A stretch of DNA of 64,000 nt from Takakia lepidozioides (lineage: Eukaryota; Plantae; Bryophyta): NCBI GenBank assembly GCA_030704615.1, contig CM060733.1:76583551-76647550 (forward strand). Direction: 5' to 3'. The number at the start of each line of letters is the position of its first letter. Within the stretch, counting starts at the first letter, position 1. Below the pieces are notes generated by a model that saw only the letters and a list, made by a program, of their open reading frames with translations, was not told where the DNA came from and made no database searches. This document shows, in pieces, positions 39,259 to 51,552 of the stretch. The position numbers and the translations under genes were made by a program.

Positions 39259-42223
39259 TTATAATAAAGCTAATCAGGGCTACTACCCCCCTGTTAACCA
39301 AAAAAAAACAAAAATAAAAAACAAACCTCTAAAACAACTGCTATTTGGCAGTCGTGAATGAAAACTGAAACATTCATCCAAATAGTTCACCCAATATTTC
39401 TCAAATGCTGAATGGCTCCGCGAAAAAACCGGTGTTGGACTGGTATATTGATAAGAAACTGGTATCAATACTAGTCCTTGAAGGGTCAGCTCATCCTTGA
39501 ATATGGACAACTGAAAGAGGTGCCATACACTTTCAACTAGGAAGGCATGTGGGCAGACTCCAATAACTACGTCTCTCTGTTGAGCAGGAGTGTATGAACC
39601 AAGGAAAGATAGGCAAGGGAAAGCAGGTGCACATGCATATATCATCAAAGTGGATTCAAACCAAGCATTTCCTACTCAACCCCCTGCTCAACATATATGC
39701 CAAAGTGTGGATGCACGTCAAGTGTGACAAACTACCTGAACGGAATTTGCTTTCCTGACTATAATGATCGCAGCATATGCCAAACATGGGTATGGTAGGG
39801 ACGCATTAGAGATCTATGAGCAAATGATATGGATAAGGGGTACACCTGATATGGTCACCTTCACTTTGCATTCTCAATGTGTGTGTGCAAGCCTTGGATC
39901 CCTGGAAGAAGGCAAAGAGGTGAATGCTGACATTGTCAAAGCTGGAATTGCAGCAGATATGATCCTGGAAACTGCCCTGGTTGACATCTAGGAATGCGAA
40001 ATGTGGGAGCATGAAGGATGCCTGCCAGGTGTGCAACAATATGGCCAAACGAAATGTGGTCCTCCGGAATGCAATGATGATAGGCCGGAGGATGTGCAAA
40101 CCACCGATGTGGTAGGGAGGTTTTCAGTATGTACAAGCAAAGGCAGCAGCAAGGGGTGTTGCCCGACAAGGTCAAGTTTCCTTGTGTTCTCACTGTGCGT
40201 GGCAAGGAGCCCTGGAAGAATGGCACAGACATCCATGTTGACATCATCAAATTTGGAGTTGTACCAGACATTGTTCTGGACAATGCCCTTATTGGCGTGT
40301 AGGCCAAATGTGGGAGTCTGAAGAATGCACGTCAAAAGTTTGACAACGTGGATAAAGATGATGTGGTCTCATGCAATGCGATTATCGAGGATATGCTCAG
40401 CATGGGTTTGGTAGAGAGGCTTTCCAGATCTATCAGCAGATGCAGCGGGAAACGGTTACTCCGTCACATGCATTCTCACTGTAGGAGCCCCGGGAAATGG
40501 CAGAGATGTCCATTTCGATATCATGAGAGCTGGAATTGAGCCACATATCATTCTCGAGACGTATGTCAAATGTGGGAATCTCAAGGATTCGCGTCAACTG
40601 TTTGATAGTATGGCTCAACGAAATCTGGTCACGTAGAATGCCATGATCGCAGGTTATGGTCAACACGGCTCTGGTAAGGAAGCCTCCAACTATATGAACA
40701 AATGAAACAGGAACGCTTGAAGCCAGATGTATTACCTTCACATGTCTTCTTTCTGATTGCAGCCATGGATGAAGGCTATCACTACTTCAATTCCATGACT
40801 AGAGATCATGGGCTTACCCCTACAGTTGAGCATTTGGGCTGCATAGTGGACCTCCTTGGGCGTACAGGGCGATTGATGGAGGCAGAGAACTTCATCAGAA
40901 AAACGCCAATTGAACCAGGTGCTGTAGTTTTGGGGGGCTTTGCAGAATACATGGCAATGTGGAGCTGGCAGGGCATGCAGCAAAATGCCTTGGACCATAG
41001 AACTCTAAAAGGTACGTGATTCTATCAAACATCTATGCTGAAGATGGCAGGTCGGTCGATCAAGCAAAGGTGAAAAAATTGATGGAGGACATATGTCAGA
41101 AAGGAGCCAGGTTGGCACATGCATCGAGAACAGGGTGGTGCACGCCTTGAGAACACTGACGTTCGGTGTCAGGCCTTCCCATATCAATCGATCATATACC
41201 TCTAAAGCCTCCTTACCACGCTGTCCTTTGGACGCTTTTACACCAGGCACGCACCCACACAATTCTTCATTTGAAAAATGACAGTAAAACTGACCTTGAA
41301 ACTCTTTTGAGAAGTGCATACATCCTTGCTTAGGTCCCTGTCCATTATCATCCTCCTCTAGTGGTCTCCATAGCCCCGCCTTCGGCTTGCAATTGTTTGA
41401 AACAAATCCAACTGGAAAGCTGTTCGGATAATGCCAAGGAAGGTACACGGTGTGCAGTCCACACCTGCTTGAACTTTGAGCACAGTGCCAGGCAGGCAGA
41501 CGGCACAGCCTTGGGGAGTCTCCTGCTAACAGCCTCACACCCTCCCCCTCCCATTTTCTATCCCTCCCTCTCACAAGGCTATAACAAACAATGTCTCATG
41601 AGTACATCTCTGTCTCATGCAACAAGGAGCTTTTAGGACTTCCCCTCTATTGGGAAGAGGGTATGTTCCAATTTTTCCCTCATTAGAGGCCCCCGACAAA
41701 TGGAAAATAACAAAGCCTCCCATTTTTTAATAATTGGGACTTGAATGCACCTATGGGCCCCGCCAGTACGGCCCATGGGGTGAGCTCATGAACCCACCCC
41801 CCTTTCACCGTGTCTAAGCTTAGATTCTGAATTTTTTCCAAGTCCTAGTTCTTTAACGGCGGCGGACCTTCTAGCGGACTGGCCAAACCCTCAACAGACT
41901 GACTCCAACTGTCGAGCGGACTGGCGAGTGGCGAGCGGACTCACCAACAACTGACTCCAACGAGCGCCTAACTCCAACCTTCAGACCCTTAAAAGAACCC
42001 CTTTGGCACATTTATCAGAGGGAAACTTGGAGGGAAAGTGCAACATACCAACTAATAATCCCTTGCTATGAAAAGCTGGAGGGGAAGTTGAAAGGGGGAA
42101 ACTGTAAGAGGAAAAGATGAGTAGGGGGAAAATGTCCCAATCCCCTCTGTTGTGCTTATCAGGGATTTGTTTTGTTGTTTTTTGGTTAACAGGGGGATCG
42201 CAGCCCTGGTGAACTTATTATAA
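39259..42223. mobile_element. ~3-kb segment bounded by ~60-bp imperfect inverted repeats, enclosing a PPR pseudogene (Pack-type candidate)
   Basis: TTATAATAAAGCTAATCAGGGCTACTACCCCCCTGTTAACCAAAAA versus the reverse complement of 42161-42223, TTATAATAAGTTCACCAGGGCTGCGATCCCCCTGTTAACCAAAAA. No TSD was established. Confidence 0.55.
39600..41050 (+). pseudogene. Heavily degraded PLS-E class PPR gene
   Basis: MIAAYAKHGYGRDALEIYEQM; DEGYHYFNSMTRDHGLTPTVEHLGCIVDLLGRTGRLMEAENFI...HGNVELA...YVILSNIYA (L2/S2/E region); many frameshifts. Confidence 0.88.
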
Positions 42224-42416
42224 GACGTCCAGGGAAGTGTTTCGCGCCTTCACGCCCCGGAGGTTATTTTTTCCTCCCTGTTCTAAAAATTCCCATTAAT
42301 AAATTTCCAAGGCCCATATCCCCTGTTCTGCAAATAATAATAATAATAAATATCCAACCAGGGCCACTGCCCCCTTTTACTGCAAAATATATATATATAT
42401 TTTGGTGGGATAAGCC

Positions 42417-42907
42417 TGTGAAGAACCAGATTCCTCTCTAGTCTTTATTCCCCATCAATTAATGTTATAACTCTGTGGGGATGAAGGTGATTGTTACAAC
42501 GGATGTGTCACTGATGAGCCTGTAAACTTGTCTTATATTAACCGCTAGTAGTATATTAAGCAATAGCCTTGTTGGCAACATATCTGTCATGGCATCTGGA
42601 TAACAATATGAGGAGCCAATGAGTGACAGCCATCTGGCCAGGCAGATTAAGGATGAAAAGACTATTTAATCAAAGGGGTCTAGAGCCATGTTGTGTTGTT
42701 TTTGGAGTGTTCATCTCTGTGTACCTGTGTGGATGAAAGTGTCTCAGTAGACGGTGTGTGATTAAGTTTAGGGAATCGTCCCTTAGGATCTGCAGTCCTC
42801 TAGAGTAAGATCCCTCATCCTATGCATGCTCGCTCTACTGTAGCTATACTCCCTCTTTAAGCGCCTCCACCACAAAGGAAGGGAATCTCTGGTGGGCGCC
42901 AGAATCT
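42417..42907 (+). repeat. 5' LTR
   Basis: High similarity to the reverse complement of 56875-57426. Confidence 0.92.
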
Positions 42908-42920
42908 TGGTGGAGACGGG
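42908..42920 (+). promoter_or_regulatory. Primer-binding site, tRNA-Ala-like (TGGTGGAGACGGG)
   Basis: Lies directly after the LTR; complementary to a ...TCTCCACCA tRNA-Ala 3' end. Confidence 0.7.
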
Positions 42921-44294
42921 TCGCAAGATCTCGTCAATCATCACCTGGACATTCTCTGTTGGTACGACAGGTAGAAGTAGGCTGACGGCGTGACAATGGC
43001 GGCGCTTTCCCGTGCATGTTTGTTTTTGCTTCTAGCTACTGTCGTGCTTCCTTGTGTCTTTATGATTCATTGTGTTCTTGAGCTTCACAGCAATGGCGTC
43101 TTCATCGCGCACTCCCACTGAAGCTGAGCTCAACGCGTACAAGGAGACACCAACGGGTAACTTTGAAGCAGTCTTTGCTGGGATGTTGCGTGACTCAGTT
43201 GATCCCAAGTTCATCGTGGAGGTGGACTATCCTTCCTTTGGTGAACCATTTGAGCGGCCCGAGCTGGTTTTAGACAGGACCTCAGATCATTGGGTTCGCG
43301 AGTTCGAGCTCACAGCTGCCAAGGAGGGCTTGAAGCCCACGCGAAACAAAAAGAAGGCTGCTGAGCAACGCCGCAAAGTCATCGAGGCACTAGTGCAAGG
43401 TGCCAGAGCAGCAAAGCTCCTCCAACGCCTCTACGCTGCAGAAATTGACCGCAAGCTTCCTCTGTCGGTCACTAAGGAGCGTCTACTTGCTGGTGAGACC
43501 CTGAGTTGGTCCGAGCTTGGGGTGCCGCAATTCAGAGTTGCTGGTGAAGTCACCGTTGAGCTTGGCAGCTTCTTGCCACCACACCGACCGAGTCCAGTCA
43601 GGCTCTGGGAGTTAGTCCGAGGAGGGAGCTCTCTTGTTTTGGCCAATCTACGCCCTCTCTGGAAACCTGAGCACAATGTCGAGTTGTCTTGGGAGGATCA
43701 TGTACGGGCCTTCCAGTTTCTCGCTTTCCACATACTGAGAACGACATCCTCCTCTTTCCTGGTACTGATTTTCATGCTGAGAGGGTGGCCTTCAGTCTTC
43801 CCAACGCCATGGTCACAAAATATCCAGTACATACCTTGCTGGCCAAGGAGAAGATCATTCGCTCAGTAGTCCACGTGTCCTTTTGGCTTAAGATTGACGA
43901 GGAACTATGGCACTTTTTGGGAGAATCCGTGCACATGCTCACAATTTCGTGAGCTCATATCGTATCACTGACTGGGAGGACGAGCTGCAGCCCGTGCCCG
44001 GTCGACAAGGAAGGTGAGAATTGTCCCTGCTTTATCAATTCAAATGCCTAAGACTGCTAGAGCTCGTGAGTCTTGGAAATTTTGGATGATTTGGATGAGG
44101 ACGAGCCGGCCAATGAGGCAAAGGTTGATACTCCAAATCTTCCCGAACCCATGTCCGAGACCCTATCTCCAGAGGAGCCTCTGGGGGCAGGCACTGCTAA
44201 TCCTCCGCAAGGGACTCATGCAACCACGTCAGGTAACAAGCCTAACCTTGATATCCAGGGTATCTATGATGCTATGAGCACACTATCTAGTTGC

Positions 44295-47147
44295 CCTGGG
44301 GGGTGCACTTTTTATAAAATGTGCGTATCACGTGCGTTCGCTGACTAATAAAAAACCCCCCTGTATACGGGTCCTCGGATAATTTATATCCCCTCTGTAC
44401 ATACTTTTTGAGGATTATAAAACCCTCTCCTGTACATATACAAAAATTTATAATTAAAAAAAAACCCCTCTATATGTATATTCTCCTTTTCAATCATTAA
44501 AAAATACCCTCAAATATGTATATGTATGTTTTTATATTATATCAAGTTTATTCATTAAAAAACAAATAAAATCCAATAAATTAATTAAAAATATATCTAT
44601 TTGCCCTTGATAAGATTGTCAAAGACTTTCCGCTCATTGTAATTGTGTTTTTCTCCAACACCACATATCTTCCATAATACTAATAAGTTGAGCCAGCTTA
44701 TAGAGTAGTTTTTAAGCTACCTACCATGTTGATTAAATACTAAATAGTACGATGGTTTCAGTTCTGAATCAGAATGTATTGTTCAAGACATCTTATCTCC
44801 AAGAGTCTGGGGTTTTCAGATGTATAATGTTATCTTTGGATTAACCACCAAATGGTACAATGTATACTCTTATCTATGGCTGGTGAACAGAACCATGCCA
44901 ATATATTCTGTATACTTTAATGATAAAGAGCACTAAGAGTATGTGTTGAACTCAAGGCTGGTACAGATGTAAGTTGCTTGGGGAAGTGAAAGCCTAAGTA
45001 ATAAAGGGCATTGGGAATTGCAGAGTTCAACATGGAATTTTAGGGCCAATTCTGATAAGAGAGAAGAACAGGGTGAAATGTATCCCTTAGTGATTTTCCT
45101 TCCCTAGATAATTTGGACTCTCAGAATGACACAAAGTACAACAATTCCAGCTTTTGTCAATGTCACCATGGACCTCTTCCCCCTTTTCCAGGTCTGCCCC
45201 ACACTCCCTTTGCATCCTCTACGCACCCGCATTTGGCAGACCTGTCCACCAGGGCACTATTCAGGATGACATAAGGTACAATTCCAGCTTTTGACAATGT
45301 CACCGTGGACCTCTTCCCCCTTTTCCAGGTCTGCCCAACACTCCCTTTGCATCCTCTACGCACCCGCATTTGGCAGACCTGTCCACCATGGCACTATTCA
45401 GAATGATATAGGTACAATTCCAGCTTTTGACAGTGTCACCATGGACCTCTTTCCCCTTTTCTAAGTCTGCCCCACACTCCATTTGCATCCTCTACGCACC
45501 CGCATTCGGCAGACCTGTCCACCAGGGCACTGTTCAGATGACATAAGGTACAATTCCAGCTTTTGACAAGTCACCATGGACCTCTTCCCCCTTTTCCAGG
45601 TTTTCCCCACACTCCCTTTGCATCCTCTATGCACCCGCATTTGGCAGACCTGTCCACCAGGGGGCACTATTCAGAATGACATAAGGTACATTAATTTCAG
45701 CTTTTGACAATGTCACCATGCACCTCTTCCCCCTTTTCCATGTCTGCCCAACAGTACTCCATTTGAATGGACTCTATGCACCAACTTTCTGAATCTTGAG
45801 GCTAAGCCAAAGCTCAGCCCCTAAATCACCCTCTCTGCACTAGACTTAATTCAAACTCAGGGGGGAACCCGACCTTTGCTCCATCACTATGCTCCATGAC
45901 ACCACATTGCATACACAACCCCTTAGCTGCCCATCACTCCCTTTGCATCTTACACATACCCACATTTGACATACATGTCCGCCAGGGCAGCTTTCATAAT
46001 GATATCTGATACAATCACTACAGCTTTGACGATGCCACCGTGGACCTCTTCTCCAATCTCCAGGGCTGCCAAGCTTGTACATGTGCTCAGAGGTCTCCAA
46101 AGCCTCCCTCCTCTGCCCTTGTAGCGCTTATAGCATGCCACCATCACGCTCTATGACACCACATTCCGTTCAGCCATACTGCCCAACACCCCCTTTAATG
46201 CATCCTTCATGCACCCGCATTTGGCATACATGTCCACCACGGCACTGGTCAGATTGACATCTGATACAATCCCAGCTTTGATGATGCCACCATGGACCTC
46301 TTCCTCATTTTCCAGGGCTGCCAGGATCGCACATGCATTGCAAAAACAAACGAATGTGACTGGCCTGGGCTGGAAGAATACCAAATCATGGTACTAACAG
46401 GAGGCAAGAGCCCGCATTTCCAGGATGGACAAACTTCTTCACATTGTACCTTAAGAAAACGCCACACCTTGCGACTGTAGTTGTCCCACCATCGTGAAGG
46501 ATCTTTAAAAAACTTTTGTCAGCTCTGCTCCGTGCTGCAAATTCAGGGGCGCCGAGTGTGATGAGAGGGAAAAACAGGCTGAAATAGGTCGAAGAAGAAG
46601 GTGCCCTCGCCACATTGTCCTTGACCTTGTGTTGTGACCCATGGAGGATTTGACCTCCCATCAACCCCAAAATGATCTCTTATGTGTGCTGCTGATGGCT
46701 GTAGTCAGGTAATGTCGGATTGGTCTTTGAGAACCACCACAGTGCAGCTGAGCAAGCAGAGATTGAAAACACGGCTTGCTAAGACCAAGCTGACCCTCCC
46801 AAGAACCTTGTAAACATCAAGAAGAATACCAAGCCCTGCGGTCGACCACCCACCCACGAACGCGGGAGAGGAGGGGAGAGGAGATGAGAGGAGATGAGAG
46901 GAGAGGAGGGAAAAGAGAGAGCAAAAAAAAGGATACCGCGATTTGATCCCGCCGTGCATCGCGGACTAAACGATGTCCTTACCACTAGACTACCCCTTAC
47001 AATTCAACAACCCCCTCCTGTAACATTATATTTAACGTGTTTTAAATCCCCCTATTTATGTATAATGTTGTACATGGGGGGGTTTAAAATACCCCCTCCT
47101 GTGCACGCACGTGGCTGGTACATATTGGCTGGAGTGCACCCCCCAGG
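44295..47147. mobile_element. Non-autonomous hAT-type element (2853 bp) carrying captured PPR fragments (Pack-hAT)
   Basis: Perfect 15-bp TIR CCTGGGGGGTGCACT; 8-bp TSD CTAGTTGC (44287-44294, 47148-47155); subterminal AAACCCCCCTGTA-like repeats; no transposase. Confidence 0.93.
45120..46384 (-). pseudogene. Captured PLS-PPR fragments, including a ~136-bp tandem x4.5 (45120-45760)
   Basis: TFVCFCNACAILAALENEEEVHGGIIKAGIVSDVNLTSAVVDMYAKCG; tandem anchors at 45163, 45300, 45436, 45571 and 45713. Confidence 0.9.
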
Positions 47148-50100
47148 CTAGTTGCCCTACGTTGGTACAGTTGTTTTTAGACAAACAGATTGGTGTGGCG
47201 CCCGTGACCAAGGCAAAGGACCCTCAACATTCTCACAAACGTCCATATCCAGAGTATGAGATGGGTCAAGACTTTGAGAATTTTCTCAACTTCTTTGAGA
47301 TGAGTGTGAAATTTAATGAGCTGCCTGCTAAGATGGTGACCAATTCTTTTCGCTTTTGCCTTAAGGGTGAGGCTCGTGATCTGTTTGAAGCCAGTATTAA
47401 GGATCAGGGTGAGCTAGGATGGGGAGTGGCCAAACAGTTGGCACTTAAATTATTCAGGTCTGATACGCCAATCAACTACACTATACCAGACCGGCCTTGC
47501 AAATTTGGTGAGAGCATATGGAAATATTACACTAACCTCAAGACCAACATCAGTAAGGCTATACCCATACCCTCTGAACGTAGTGCTGTTCTTAAGACCT
47601 ACTTCATCACTGGGTTGCCTGCTCCCGATCAAGTTTATCTTCAGAAACATCCCTACCGAGATGATAGACACATGGTTGAAATTATGGACGAGCGAATGAG
47701 GTTGCGAACTACCAAACAAGGTACTGTTGGGCCTACAATAGCTCATTGTGCTCTGATGCATGTGGCTGAAGGTACTAATGGGGTGTCCATTGCAAAAGCA
47801 GGGATGCCTCGGCGTGAGCCTGGTCACGTGAGCGCGTGAGCGCAACTGCGCTCACGCCACGTCACCTTGCGCAAATGCCACGTCATGGGGCTCAATCCAC
47901 GTCATCACACGTGAAGGCCGCGTCACCACGCGCCCAGAAAGAAGTGGAGTGTATTCCCGCGGATTGGCACCCTTTACCGCGGAAACAAGCTGGACGACAT
48001 AATAAAAGGCATTGAATAAAGGATGGATGAATGTACAGTTGGATGATAAACAGATGGATGAGTGTGAAAAATGTATGTAGATGGATGAATGACGGATGGA
48101 TAAGAGTAAAATGGATGAATGTATAATGGATGTTGAGCAATGACAAAAATTCATGACAGGAAGATGCATGACCAAATCTTTTGACGAATGCACAACGTAT
48201 ATGAAATGAGTGTGGAAGGTTTGTGGGGTGGATTAAAGAGTACAGAGGATGAATGTACAATGGATGTTGTACAAATGAAGCTTTCATGAATGGAGCACGC
48301 ATGAATACAGTGTAGATGAATGCACAATGGATATGAGAAGAGTCAGGAAGGTTTGTGAGATGGATTCATCCAAATAGCAATTTAAACGAAAGTTGATTCT
48401 GTGATTATTATTTGTTCTAAAGGAACAACTACGGTGGAGGAAGGGGATTCAACGTTTTCCAGATAATATGAAAATGAATATTAAAAGAATACAGTTCAGT
48501 CTGACTCAGAGTCAGTACAATGTATCCCCTCTTCCTCTGCATCTAAGTCTAAGTATTTTAGAACACCGGATCCACGCTGGATACACCTACGGCTGGGCAG
48601 TAAAAAGTCAGGGGATAGGGACTTGGCCGCGTGAAGTGCCATTGCTTCGGCATAAACAGGAAGCAGAAAATTGGAAAGGGGGCTGTCGAAAACAGACTCG
48701 CCAGAAATGACTGTATCTCCTGAAGATCCACCGCTGCCTTTCCTGAAAGACAGCCTGAAAAAGTTATTACTGTAACTTTGATGTTATCGAGAAATTGAGT
48801 ATGACTCCCAAAGAGGGTTTAGCACTTACTCACATGAAAAGTCGTTGTCGACCTGCTTATCTTCGGGATCGTCATCATTTCGAATTTGAATCCGATCAGT
48901 CTGTGTGCCTGAAGTGGAGCCAGACAAAAGGGGGAGGAGCACGGTGTTGTAGAGGTCAGAATCACCCTCCATGCCAAAAAGGCTTCTTCCGCCTGCCTTG
49001 CATGCGTGGTAAGTTGCTCCTGCACCAGACAGGAGAACATGAACAGTTTGGAGGGGGGGATTTAAGCAGATGAAACTGTTGAAAGGAAACCAATTCGGAA
49101 GGGAAAAAACGAACCTGTGGACACAGAAAGATCGACCACCCGTGCAGAGCGGTGGCTGCATGACTCCAGCAATATTTGCATGAATGCTGGTGACTTTTCC
49201 TTTGCACCTCTCCAGGGAGTGCCATCTGGTCTCTTCAGAGTCTGACTGGACTGCATGAAGTTGTACAAAATGTCATCGACATGGGGCTCATAGGGGGGGT
49301 TGACGAAACAACCCTGGTCAGAAATCTCAAAGCTGCGGATGGAGGATGGTGTCTTTGATGTGCGAATCCTCCGCAGACAGATCGCCTCGAACATCCTCGT
49401 CTGGCAAAGATAGCAGGTTAGTGTGGTAAACACAATCTATAGTGGAAGTGTGTACATCGGCTATTCAGAACTCTGACACAAAAAAATCATGAATCGGTGA
49501 TGATCGGTGTCGATCATAAAACATTCTACTAGAGTGGAGCTGCAAAGAAAATTGAAACTCATGATCAAAGCACAAGCAGAAGGGAGACGGCATACCAGCT
49601 GACCAGGGAAACCCCCTTTCACAAGGTATAGGCTGTTCACACAATTCCATGTGCGCAAAACTTCAAACCCTGAAGACTTGAGGTATGATGCCAATGCCCG
49701 ACGACTATCATTGTCACATGATTGAAAAAGCAGAAGTGTCCATGCATCAGAGAGGAAATTGTTACAGAACCCGAACACCCAACTCCAGTAGTTGTCCTCG
49801 AATTTGTTCCAGCCTGACGTCTTGCCCTTTGGAAGAACTTCTGGCACAGCCTGGCCATCCGGGATGTCGAGAATGACAATGTCGGCCGCATAAGTTTTCT
49901 GCACACCGCACACGAAGGTGGGACCTGTGCTCACCTGCAACAGACATGTTTTTTATAAGAACGATGGCAGGATTGTTTTCAAAGAACGAGATTGAAATAC
50001 TGCCAACGAAACTTTCAAAGAAAAAGGAAAGAAACTGGAATTCTCACCAGATTGAGGAATGAGATTATATTGTCCCAGGTAGGGGATGGCACCCCAGTGT

Positions 50101-50827
50101 ATCATCTCTTTCGACTCTGCATCATCGAAAGCCAACCCTCATTAACAATTTTCATCTCTCCTGCTGAATCAGAACGGGAAGGGTGTGGCTTGGCATCGAA
50201 CACGCACTGAAGAGTGCGGGTATATCTTCCAGCAGTAAAGTCCTGCCCACTCTCAATCTCCTTTTCATTCTCCTTCCCCTTGTCCTTTTCCTTCTCTTTG
50301 GACTTGTCTTTGTCCTTTGGCTTTGCTGGTGAGATGGCTATGACATCAACAGCCTTGTCTTTTGGTTTGCGGCCCGCCTTCTTTCCCTTCTGCGGCGTTC
50401 CCTGAGCATCAGGCTCCTTGGCAGCCAATGTTGCTATGTTTCGTTGATACTCTTCGTCAGTCAAAGGTGCCAGCATCTCAGCGTTATTGTTCAAGTATTT
50501 CATATGTTGTTCTTGAAAGGTCGTGTGCTCAGGTGGGCAGTCAAGGTACCACCCACAGTCTCTGAAGTGAGAAGGACTCCAGTCCTTCAATATCCCTGCA
50601 GTATACATGGTTGGATCGTTTGTAGGGTCCGACCACATGTCAAGATAGTCGGGAATTCCGCTCAGGTGATTTCCTTCCATAAGCACATATTTCGTACCTG
50701 AAAAAAGGAGATAAATCCCAACCCACAAAAGCGCTCAGTGAGTAAGATGCAAGTAGAACAGAAAGAATAAAACATAGATTGAAATGGCTCTGAGAACTGC
50801 TCCAAGGACCACACTACTGCTCCAGAT

Positions 50828-51552
50828 ATGAATGCCGTCAACGCCATTCAGAACATTCCATTCAATGATACTGTAAATACACCCTAATCCAGGTGAATGC
50901 AAATTATCGTTTAGAAATGACACAGACATAGAAGTGAATGTCGTCAACGACATTCACTAATGAAGCCAAATTATTACTTAAATGAAGCAAAATCACAGGA
51001 TGAAATCAAAAAATTGAGTAAGGAACCCTCCAGACAAACTCAATGCACATTCATAACGAACCTATCACTGAGGACCTCACAACATCACTGTATGTGAATG
51101 GCGTCAACGCCATTCACAAAAATACAAAAAAGAAACCAATTACTTAGCTCCCCAATCCATGTAAATTGAATTTGTCGTTGTTGAATAATACAGACACAGC
51201 TGTGAATGTCGTCAACGACATTCACTTTGGATTTCTTAAAACAGAGCTTATCAAGCCTCCACATTCATCGCAAGAGGCAAAAACAATGCAGAACAACTGA
51301 ATGTCTGCATTGACATTCAGCAAAATGAAGTGAGGAACCCTCACTGTAACCTCTATGGACATTACAAAAATTTAAATAACTCTGAGGACCTCTCAACAAC
51401 TCCGTATGTTAATGTCGTCAACGTCATTCAAGGACATTATCAATTCTAATCAGGGACAATATAATTGCACCCTTAGATCCTAACCAGGTGCATTCATATA
51501 CTCGCTTAAGAATGACTCAGACAAAGAAGTGAATGTCGTCAACGACATTCAA
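50828..51552. repeat. Intronic array of 7 palindromes, consensus GTGAATGTCGT-CA-ACGACATTCAC
   Basis: Copies start at 50828, 50934, 51094, 51202, 51297 (variant core), 51408 and 51529; three have perfectly paired 11-bp arms. Confidence 0.95.

Larger units (their letters stand above)
43093..47802 (+). pseudogene. Gypsy leader ORF and gag, frameshifted and split by the Pack-hAT; continues at 61342->61110 (minus)
   Basis: MSTLSSC|PTLVQLF rejoins in frame across the hAT. The capsid-like segment is DFENFLNFFE...FCLKGEARDLF...YFITGLP. SIAKAG|STEWSPALL rejoins across the MULE, followed by a CFICGSLEHYLQKHC zinc knuckle at ~61110-61155. Confidence 0.8.

Noticed and set aside
50828-51552. CRISPR array (palindromic 24-bp repeats with spacers)
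   Set aside because: The spacers are 70-135 bp, variable and related to each other; the array lies in a spliceosomal intron; there are no cas genes.
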